DNA from: Anthoceros angustus
Taxonomy: Eukaryota; Plantae; Anthocerotophyta
Length of the DNA: 64,000 bases
Direction: 5' to 3'
Assembly: GCA_010909165.1 (NCBI GenBank)
Contig: VJWM01000106.1
Span: 124,001-188,000, forward strand
The position numbers and the translations under genes are program-made. The notes beneath the pieces are model-generated. The model was given only the letters and a program-made list of their open reading frames with translations, was not told where the DNA came from and made no database searches. Below, piece after piece: positions 36,993 to 47,653 of the stretch. Position 1 is the first letter of the stretch, and each line of letters starts with the position of its first letter.

Positions 36993-39900
36993 CTATTTCC
37001 TCCAGAGCAAGAGAATCTCCGTGACGTTACCTCGGTCGCTTGCCGCCTCAAGATGTCCCCACGCCGCATCCAAAGTCGTCGCCTCTTCCAAAGTGTTGCC
37101 GTCATTCTCTTCCTTCTCGATCAGAAGACACAACTGGCTTTCATGCGCTGTCACTAATGCACACTTCCTTGGCCCAAATCGAGAGGGTCCTCCATGCGGA
37201 TCAAATGTAAGCTCTTCCTCCGCATTTGGTAACACTTCAAACCCATGAATGCGCTGGGAATATAACCCGCGCATCTCATGTCCGCTATGGCAACGCAGCA
37301 ATAACTCAATGCAGCAGATAGTTGTGCCACTCCAACATGCATCAACCACCCACTCTCCTTCTTTGGAAAATGCCTCACAACGTCCGTGATAAGGCCCGGT
37401 GCTAGGCACACCACACGCTTGTCGTGAGATAAGTATACATGCTTCTTCACAACCGTGTCGTGAGTAATGACGGATCTCCCATTATTGAATCTCCTCGCGA
37501 TTTCCGGAGCATGTTGGCCTTGTCTCTTGAACATTCTTCCTTCACACACCAGTGATGGCGTACTCCAATGTTTCACGCCCACCCCTGGCATGTTCGTCTT
37601 GTCCCAAACGAAGGACACCATCCCACCTTTTCGCACCACTTTCTCATACATTCTCCGATGTGGGAGTCCTCCACTCCATGCATCACAATAAAGCGGAATT
37701 CCTCGCTTGTCTTCTCCGAAAAACTCTCGAACACCGATGACATCATACTCCGTTAATTCTTGTATCCATTGGGCCTATATTGAAGCCCCACATCCATCAC
37801 GAAAGGGAGTATCGGGCGCGTAATAGCCACGCATGTCCAGCACGCGGGTCTCAACTGACATCGAACTTGAGAGTCGATCTGGACGTTGAAAACAAATAGC
37901 CCGTCTTCCATATCTTTGTCCGCTAAGGCCCTTCGCTCAATTTCCAGCCCTTTCCGCTTGTTTACCTCAAAATGAAGTGCTGGAAATCTTGAAGCCGGAA
38001 AAGTTGTCGATGTCTTTTAATTGCTGCATAAAACCCAAAACGTAAGGACATAAGGGCTTGCCACATGTGGAGGGCGCACCGGCGCCATCGACGACACATC
38101 TGGAGGCGCCCGGCTTGACAAAACCCTTCATGCTCACACAGGGCGGCGGCGCGCACGCCGCACCATGTCGGGGCGCGGCTGCGGCGCACCGCATCATGCA
38201 GCGTGTGGCGCCGGCGGCGCCCCGCCATCCATCAGGGCGCCGGCCGGCGCCCGCATCCATCCGTGGAGGGCGCGCCCGGCGCGCCGGCCGCGGCCGCCCG
38301 GCCGCCAGGCGGAGGCGCCGGCCGGCCGCCTCCATCAAATGGTAAAGGAAAAATTCGGTCAAGGGAAGATTTACCTTTCCAAAACTGTTTGAAACCGCGA
38401 TCATAGCGTCCGTTGAATGTGGGTATTCTTCCGGACTTCCTCAAACGATGTGCTCAAGATGCTTCGCCATAGCAACTTGGATGATATGCGACTTCTTCGC
38501 AAAGTGATGTCGCCCTCCATGCCTTTCGGTCTATCGACCAGCTAATACTTTTCTTGTAAGTAATATCTGTGTCCACACTGCCTGCGGTATACCTGGAAAG
38601 CCTTCCATGGCTTTGCTAGCATGTCCTTGACTTCACATATATGTTGCAACCTTGGGAATCTTCCCGACCTTCCGCTTTTCCTTTGCCCTTCTTGCTTGTA
38701 CTGCCTGGTGTCTTTTTTACAACTCCCCACCTCCCACTTGTAAATATTTTGTCAATATTCTCCCAAATTCTCCTTCTTGCTTTGCAATACAAAGTATATG
38801 AGTCCTGTTATCCACCTTGTTTTGCTTGTAAACGCTGCCTTCTCTCCCTCGTCAGTCAATGAGGCCCAACCTTGTACAAATTGAATTTCCATGCCATAGT
38901 CATATGCACCCTTCACGCTTGGCAATAAGCGCTCATCACGGAGATACCGACCGCTCGATGAAAGACATTTTCTTCTCTTGTCCGACATAATATTGTCTCG
39001 TAGCTAGAACCCGCATCTCTCAAGTGTGAGACCGCAGACACGTGAGCCTCGACATCGAAACCGTTTTTCGTGCCATATCACCAAATGCTTCATCGCCGCA
39101 AAAGTGTGATTCCGCCAAGTACTCCCATGACATAAGTTTTTGCCCGAATCGTTGCCAATCCAGGCTTCCATGTTGTATTCCGCCGGTCTATCATACATGT
39201 GAGGCAATACGCCTTCCTCTATTCTCCCTTCGATATGACCCGGGCCAAGTAATTCGTCCATGCTTCGTCAACCTTCCGTATCTGCATCCGAGTGATATGC
39301 GGCCGCCTTAGATTCTCCAGCTTCACCAAGATTGTCCTAACAACTTTCTTCGCATACGCGATTCCTTACACGGGTTAAAGGGTCTTCATCTCTCACCGCT
39401 TCTAACCTCTCCTCATCCGCTGGGACATGAACCGCGCAATGGGTGCCACCCTCCTAAGCTTCCAATCGTCCGGACTTTTCTTTTCTTGAGGACCCCGATC
39501 ATCGCTATGGGCCCTCTTCGTGAAATCTGGGAAGTCCTTTCCCTTTTCCTCTACCATGCATGATAGTCATCGGATTCCCCTACCGCCATGTCCATGGCAT
39601 CGGCCCTCGCGCCTAGCTCCCTCCCTCACTTCCCCACATGCTTCATGCTCCTCCGAGAGGTGCTCCAGGCCCGCCCCTCCTCCCTGCATGGCCTCTCCTG
39701 CTTGCCCACCAGGGCGAGGTGGAACCCCTCACCTCGGGCCGGCCCCTCCTCCTCCGCATGGCCTCTCCCTATTTGCCCGACACATGGGCCAAGGGAGGAA
39801 CCCCACACCTTGGGCGCCGCGGCCGGCGCCTTCCACGGTCTGCGGCGCCTTCCCCCCTCGCCAGGCGCGCCGGCGCCCGCCCCTCCTCCCTTGCAAACCC

Positions 39901-41019
39901 TATGAACCGCTTAGGGTCCGGCCGGCAACTCTGGCGAGTGGTGCGGCCGGGCCGGCGGCCGCCACTGGACCCCTCGTGGGGCTCTGTTGCACATCCATGG
40001 AATTTCACGATATTCCATAAACAGTTCGCATCTCCTCTTCACCTGCATCCGAATACACATCGTCATCATCCGAATGGCCTAACATGTCCGGATCGTCGTC
40101 TTCATCGGATGGACCAAGCTCGCTTTCACCGATGTCTCATCATCCCCTCCATTTCCGCTATCCGAGAACTGCGAATAGACATAGCCCGCCTATGTGCTAA
40201 AACGCTTTGTGTGAGCTCGCAGACAGTAATGAAACTTTTGCCCATCTGCTGCAAACCAACATGGATGGACAAGATAAGCCACACGGATGCACATTACGCT
40301 TAGCGAAACCCAAGAACATGCCACCCAAATGCACTCACCGATGTCTCTTGCCGATCGAATAACTCGATCAAGCGTGAAGGTGCACATTTCTTAAAGATCA
40401 ACCCCGCAAATGTCACGTGGAACAATCAGAGGCTGTGGGTTTGGATGCAATGTCGTGAAGTCTTGCGGCTTCCTCACCACAAGGAGTTGTGCTTGCCCTC
40501 ATGTCATGTCCAATGTTGCCCAAATCACCCCACGCTCGGGCTCGATTGATTAGGCAAAGCATCTTTGTATCCCACCACCCACAACTTGAGAGGTGTCCAA
40601 AACGCATCCTCGTCCTCGGTTCCTCTTCACGCAAATCATCCAATTCTTCTCAACAACGCGAATACTGCATACTACCGCCACCTCCGAAATGCATAGTCTC
40701 CTCGTAGTTGAAGGGCGATTGAATCGAAGGCGCGCGCACACTTCTCGCCTTCATCACCCCACCTACGCCTCGCGTGGTGCTTGCCTTTCCGAGTTGTGTG
40801 AGCCCTCCCACCACTCGCCCCTCCGTGGAATTCGCTCCGATTTGGGAGGTTGCTCATACCGCCGCCACGGATGCACTCGCCTTGTGGCGCACTAGGCCGC
40901 ACCACATCCTCTGTCGCCGCCGTCTGCTTCTTGCTTCCTCCCTTCCGCTTGGGCAAAGGGAGGTCCTGTTCAGGCTCAAAGGCATTCTTCTCCTTCCTGC
41001 TACGCCTCCCAGATGCCAT
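36993..41019 (-). pseudogene. Transposon cargo gene: ParB-like domain plus beta-class N4C/N6A DNA methyltransferase, intron-containing and frameshifted
   Basis: Starts with a basic N-terminus (MASGRRSRKEK). (WEV)LG(G)NHTFAAMK at ~39090-39128. Degenerate YSLxVMD..GFN at ~37775-37812. FVWDKTN at ~37595-37612. PGLITDVVxxFSKEGEWVVDAC(x)SGTT..AAL...IAD at ~37280-37400. Putative GT-AG introns at ~39528-40041, ~38027-38374 and ~37879-37965. Confidence 0.65.
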
Positions 41020-41719
41020 CTCGATTCAGCGATCGCGCTCACCGTCCGAAAATGTAACGAGTAGCGGGTTAAGGGAGAGACAGCGGCTGTAGATTAGCGG
41101 CCCTCCTTGCGATCACAGCGCACACACACCTCGATCACAGCGCACACACACAGTCGGAGACGCGGGGCGCAACTTCCAGAGAGTGAACAAGTGGAAAAGA
41201 ATTGCTGACTCAAGGGCCGGCCCCCGTCAGAGATTAAGTTGGCTCTCTTTTCGTATTAGGGCTTGCAGGTTTTATAGGCATAAGGGTGATATATGTGATA
41301 TAAGGCATAGGTATATTTGTCCTGATTGGATATCCGGTGTATTTGCATCGGATCGTAAACCACATCTGGGATTCCCTTTGCCATGTGCGATATTAAACAC
41401 CGTGGTGGCGGCGCGCGTGAAAGGGCTGTCGACATTGCGGCGCCGCACAATCCCGTGTGTGCTCATACATCTTTGTTCTATAAGGCCGGACATTGGGGAC
41501 CTCCAGCAGTAGCTTTCTTCAACGCGGCGGTCGCTATTGTTCCATTGTCTGCAGAAGCGTTCTCCATAGCGCCTATTCCCCCAGCGAGTTGTAGCCCTTC
41601 GATGTTACAAGCGACGCACACACCAGAAGACGAAGAGGTCTGCGGCTACCCGTGTCATTGAAATGCACATGTGCACGCCATTCAATCCATACACGCTAAC
41701 GGTTGGGTGTTTGGAGAGA

Positions 41720-44700
41720 AGAGCAGATGGCAGCAGAGGCTGCCCACCACAATCGGGAGGCGCACGCAGCTTCCATATATGGGCAGCGATCCGGACAACC
41801 CATCCAGCGGCAATGTTGGTGGAATCGCAGCCCCCACCGGAGGTAAGGTTAGACGCTTTGGGTTTCATTGGCATAGCTGTTTTCCCCAACTTTTCTCATC
41901 ACGTGTGGTGGGAACCATGCATGTAGGTAAAAGGAGTGGAGGTGGAATTCCACTTTTGAAGCCGGTGGTATCGCCAACTATCCTCGTCTGCCACCGAACT
42001 AACCTTAACTTATATGCGGCAATTAGGAGAAGTCCTTCCGTGGAAGATATGGGGAATATGTAGCGTACCGCCGACAAAATGGCGGAACCCAATCGCAATT
42101 TAAGACGAGGATTGTTCCCTCTGCGACGGAGATCATGAGGCGAAGCATTGCACCATGAAGATGAGGGCAGCGACGATGTCTCTGTATGACACGATCGTGG
42201 AATTCCCTCCGCTATTACATTCCAAGCAAAACCTTTGAGCGATTCATTGCATCGAGAAATCGCGTGGAAGATGCATGCGGGAGGAGGGCTTGGCGTGCCT
42301 TTGCGAAGAAGTGATGACGCAATCACTGGAGAGTTTCGGCCATCGAATCAAATGTGTGTTCGAAATTGACAAAAGAAAAATTCCAAGAACATCGGTATAG
42401 GTTCCTACGCATGGGACGTCAAGAGCAAGAGACACACCTTGAGTCCCTGTTAAAGGTGGTAAGTGATGGCGGAGTTCATACAAAGGTTCAACCCCACCTT
42501 GTTGGTGCGACATCTTCGATGTTGCCTACGAGCATTTAGGCGGGTTTTCGTGGTCACAAGCGATATGAAGAGTGAAAAGGTGCGCCGCAACTGGGATAAC
42601 CAGAGACCAAATCCATCACAACCGCCGGATCATCACAGGATGCACTTGCGTGGATGGACAACGTTTTCATGTCCATGGCGGAGCGGCTCCCCAACGCCAG
42701 TATACAATCTTCCGGACACGCATAAGCGGAGCTATGGGCCCAGTACAAGCGACAATGTGAGCGGTCACAAACAAGGGCTATGACATATGCCTGGTTTCTA
42801 AGGCTCTGGAAGGTGCACTTCAGCAGTGTTAAGATACCTAAGTCCAACAGGTTTTCTACGTGTGCGATATGCGCAGGGTTAAAGGCAACCATTCGGAACA
42901 CTTTTTCAAAGGTGGATCAAGGTATGGCATCCCTTCCCAGTCCATTCCCTTCCCTATTTCTGCGTTGGCTATGTGGCAGTGATGTCAAGATAGCCATAGT
43001 TGGGAGCGCGGCGGCCGCGCCTCCCAACTATGGCTATCTTGACATCACCGATAGTGCGTGCGCAAGGAATGGTGAGGAGGAGGCGGCCGTCACGCCTCCT
43101 CCCCACGAGAGAGGAGAGAGGGAGGGTTTAGAGAGGAGAGGCGCCGGCGGCCGCGCCTCCCCTCCCTTCTAAGTTGATTGTACCGATGGGCGGCTTGTAG
43201 ATGCTAAAGAAACGTACATTGTTTGGTGCGAGAAATATCAACATGCGCTTGAGGCACATCGCGAGCTATCGCAGAGCGTGCCAAAATGGCCAAACACCGA
43301 CGAAAAGCTACGTTGAGCCCCACAAGTACATGTTACTCGCTATTGATGGGATGGACCAAAAGAAAACGGAGATCCCACATTTTTACGGCCAAAGAATTTA
43401 AGTGAGGAGTGCCGCATAGTGCATGTGGTGGGCTGCATGGTTCATAACTATACATATAAAGCGAGATATTTGCACTATGCAAACCTTGAACGATGCAAAT
43501 CTAACGATATGCATCATCCAAGATGTTCACAATTATGAAGGATATTGCCTAAAGTCTTGTACTTGCATTGGACAATACTTGTCGAGAGAACAAAAATCAA
43601 CTTCTTTTGCATATCCGAATATGTTAGTAGACATGGGTACATTTCGGAAGGTGAAGGTGGGCTTTACGCTAGTGGGGCACACACACGATTGACGATGTTT
43701 TCACGGTTTAAAGCCCGAACAAGGAAGCGCACACATTGCACGCGCTATCCGATATTCTCGGAAAAGCATACACACCAACTCCGGCGTGAAAATTCTCACC
43801 GAGGTCCGGACTTGGTCATATGTGGCCCATCGAAGAGGAGATGGTCGGCTATCGTACACCAGGAACGAATAACCTTCGCTCCAACACCGGTTTAAGATAA
43901 CACGGGAGGACAAGGCGGAGCGAGGTCTAGTCACGTTATTCAAGCAAGCAATATTCGACATCTCCGCTATGGGAGACTCAAGGAGGCTTGGAGTTCTTGA
44001 AGTTCGTCGTCTAATGACATCACAAAGATCACCTCTCCTAGCACCGCGGTCTAGGGACAAAAGGCTCACTTCGGTTTAAAGGCAGGAGGTGTGGCCCATC
44101 TTAAAGAAGGGCTCTCGGCTTGCGTGCATATATTGCCGCAGATGAACATTTGTGGTGGGAGGCCTTGGGAGGACCAGCATGAGATTGCGGTTATCGTGGA
44201 GAACAACATTGGCTGGCGCTCAAAAGCCACGGAAATGGTTTTCTAGGTCGGACGTTGAAGATCTGATGCCTTTGCGCTTACCAAATGAAAGCCTCGACGA
44301 AGCATTATTGAGGGAGCTTCCACGGCGTGATATGTACTTGGGGCTTACCAAGTGGCTCGACACAGAAGAAATGGAGCGAATGGCGATGTGGTGAGATTGG
44401 AAATGGAATGTTCATCGCAATTCCATGCTTGACGGATACGCACAACTGACCTTTTGGATAGGAAGAGTGGTGGAAGTGAAACATGATGCTTTACGTCCGA
44501 GTCTGATGGTCCACTGGTACAGGACGGAACATACTGACACTTTCGAAGGGCGATATGTTGAGGAGTACATCGTCCGCGGACAAGGGCCCAAGCATCGGGG
44601 GGAGAAGTCATCAAGGCAAGGGTCAAAGACCGTGTTCCCAAAAAACATACAAGAGATTTACATCAATGATACAGTAATATTGTACTATGGTTTCAACCTT

Positions 44701-44775
44701 ACTACGCGGAAGCATTTATACGCCAAAGACAAAAGGGCTATAAAGGAGAAGCTAAGCGAGATACGGCTTGATTGA
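41720..44775 (+). pseudogene. Sola1-type DDD transposase, frameshifted, intron ~42922-43200 (start approximate)
   Basis: KIPKSNRFSTCAIC, AIDGMDQKKTEIPHF (43345), LDNTCRENKN (43568-43597), VGHTHD..(D)xMFSRF (from 43672), and a C-terminal FWIGRV...VHWY domain. Confidence 0.8.
42979..43048. repeat. Perfect 28-bp inverted repeat with GC-rich loop in the transposase intron
   Basis: gtgatgtcaagatagccatagttgggag / cgcggcggccgcgc / ctcccaactatggctatcttgacatcac. Confidence 0.95.
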
Positions 44776-45583
44776 ACCACGGTGAAGACGTGTCGGACAA
44801 TAGCGATGAGGAGGAGGCGGATATTGACAACATGGATGATGTTGATGGAAACTGGTAATCGGAAGAACCCTAGGCGAACATGACTTGACATTGTCTTTGT
44901 TTATGGTCGTTGTTCTAGAAGGGAATAATAAAAACCATACATCCAAGTGATCTCCTTTCTTGTCTTTTCGTTTTCATATGGTACACCACACTAGTGGTCG
45001 TCATGTCGCAACAACACTAAACAAAAGGCTTCGATAATTGTGTTTCGATTGAAACCACGGTTGGAAGTTTGACAAGCAAAGCGGCGCGAATCTCGCCTTA
45101 ATGCCGTTGCGACTATCAATCGTTGCGGGTGGGTACAACGTCGCTTCGAGCGCCGACGGCGCCTACCCGAATGAATGACGCCCATAAAATGTGAAAGTTG
45201 CATATATAGGGATGATTTCTACCACCCTTTCCGTGTCATTCATACCCTCTCAAGTTTCACGAGTGCAGTGGGACATGATGCATAGGGTTTGAGGCCCACC
45301 ATGGTGTCAAATTCTAGAATGACCAACTCTTTGTTCGATTGACCCGTTGGGGAAGTTAATGGGCTCTATTTCGACACTTCCAGTGTCGCCTTTCCTAATA
45401 CCATGCACACACCAGGCGGGTCCATGAAACCGATGCTTGGCTCGGGTGCACACCCTACTTTTCGTGAAATTGCGATTCCGTGGATCACTGATTCCCAACC
45501 CATTGGAAACCCCCTTTGGTGTATATTGTACAGAAAACCCCCTTCCTGTATATTCACCCCCTTGCAACTTTATCGTGTTATCC

Positions 45584-46870
45584 TCTCTTCTTGCTTCGCG
45601 CGCCGCCGTGGGTACCTCATTCGCATTGTCCTAGCCTCTCCAGTTTTTCTTTTATAACTTGGAGATTTCGATAAGCAGGTTATGCAGTCTCCAGGAGACA
45701 TTATCGGCCTAGGTTCCTTCGAATGTGCGGCCGGGGACCTGGTGCGGCGACAGGCATCCCTCCCTGTCGCTTTGGGGGCGCATGTCTTTTGGCTATGGAG
45801 GCCTTGGCGCCAACAGCTTTTCTAGGAAGCTGGGCCCTCTCGGCCCCAATTTTGACCTCTCGCTTCCTTATCCAAGATAGCAACATTTTGAAGAATTTCA
45901 TCGCAGGAGGAGTTGAGGAGGGGTGCTTCCCCCTCCAAGTGTCCCTAAAGTCGACTGGGGACCTCTTACCCCCTCTACCTAGGGAGGCCATGCCTTCTTT
46001 TTCTTCGTTTCTCGCAGACAGGCTTTGGGGGTTGCAGGCTTCTCTCCTGGAGAGGCATTATGGGTAGGAGCTACAAAGTGTTCTTCTGGATTCATCTATT
46101 CCTCGTCCCGCTAGAGCTCGCCTTCCTAGCTCCTGTCCCGCCCTTGCATCCAGGCGTTCCGCATCGCACCAATATCTTTTTGTACCGCGATGAGGTTTCG
46201 TCTGGGTCCAGTCCAACCACTAGCTTATTCTCTTCCGGCCTGTTCCTGTGGGGCCTCCATCGACGACCCTGGGGCCCCCTTAGGGCATTGTCCAATGGGT
46301 GGACAACGTATTGCTACACACAACGCCGTCCGAGACGTCATGTTCTCATTGGCCAAGGAGAGTGTTTTCTTCCCTTTCAAGGACCAGCAGTATACTTTGC
46401 TCAATGGCGTCTCTATCAGAGCTGACCTTTTCTTGACGTGGGGAACGAGGTCTCGGTTGTGGACATGGTTGTCACTGACCCAACCAAAGATTCTGTTAGC
46501 GACTATGTCATCATCCACCCTCTAGGTTGGGCAACGAAAGGGAGCGCAACTAAGAAAATTTACAAGTACAGGCCCATGCAGCAAGGTCACATTTCCATCC
46601 CTTGCCATTGAAACTCAGAGGGCCTTAGGTACGGTTTTTTCTCCTTTTATCGAGGAGTGCGCAAGGGCCTACCACAATGACATGGGTGGGGTTGGCCGCC
46701 CCCTTTCCAGTGTCATGGCATATTTCAGGCATTGGGTTTTCATCACCTTGCAAAAGGCGTTGGCCAGCACCATGTTAAGGACGATCACGAGTGCTGGAGA
46801 CGCGGCACTGGCGGCACCTATGTAGGCCCTTCCCTATCTCGGACGGAGACATCTTAGGGTAGATTATGTG
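45584..46870 (+). mobile_element. CRE-clade non-LTR element, C-terminal half (CCHC finger and restriction-like endonuclease)
   Basis: TAFLGSWAL, CSCGASIDDPG...HCPMGGQRIATHNAVRD, RADL...VVDMVVTDP, KxYKY...P..xETxGALG. Confidence 0.8.
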
Positions 46871-47653
46871 GGAGCACGCCCTCCATGCCTTGGTGCCCCA
46901 TCGAGGGTTGTCCTCTTTGGCCTCAGGGTAGATGGGATTTCCCATCTCGTTCTTTTCGTAAAGTCTCCACATTCTCCCATTTTTTTACATATATGACATC
47001 CACGTAGGTGTGTACAGGGTACCGATGCATTGTGTCCGTGAACACCCGATAACGTGGCCGTTATGGATAATATATATCCATGATTCCTGCACGTCGTAAA
47101 GCAACACTGGCGCGCGCCAGTCCACAAAAATGGTTTCAGGTGATGCCAGCCATGGTAGACTATGTTATGTATGTAGACGTTCATAATGCTGTGTAAAAGT
47201 TGAGATAGGAGAAGCGTGCCATTGGCCGCCGCGATATGATCGACAGCAGCGCCTCACAGCGGCCGGGACGAAGGTGGCCTTGGGCCACATTGCACGTCGA
47301 AATGTGACCGGAGCCGTCGAAAAAGTGACCGCTATCCGCGAGCTCGTGGCCATGGCGGCCTGGCGGCAGCAACGCGCGGGCTAGGCTGCCCTTGCCGGTA
47401 CTGCATGCATCATCCTGGTCCGAGGTCAGTGCCGATTTCGGTGCCTGAATTCCACGGTTCCTTCACAAAGAATCCACCTTGGGAAGGGGATGCTTGGAGC
47501 GCTTCTGTATCTGTGCTGAATTCCAGTGTTTCTGCACAGACACCAGCCTGCTGCTGCTGCTGGGGAGCGCGAGAGAATTCGAATCCCGATGCCGTCATCC
47601 GATTCCGGTGCTGATGGAAGGGCTTGCTGAGGAGGTACCGGGATGCGGCAGCC

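Larger units (their letters stand above)
36555..45579 (+). mobile_element. Sola1-like DNA transposon, 9,025 bp, ~32-bp imperfect TIRs, 4-bp TSD ATCC
   Basis: Left TIR AACACGATAGAAGTTGCGGGGGTTAATATACA (36555-36586). Right TIR reverse complement AACACGATAAAGTTGCAAGGGGGTGAATATACA (45547-45579). ATCC at 36551-36554 and 45580-45583. The flanks rejoin the CRE ORF (LGDP..FDILSSCFARR.GYLIR). Confidence 0.88.
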
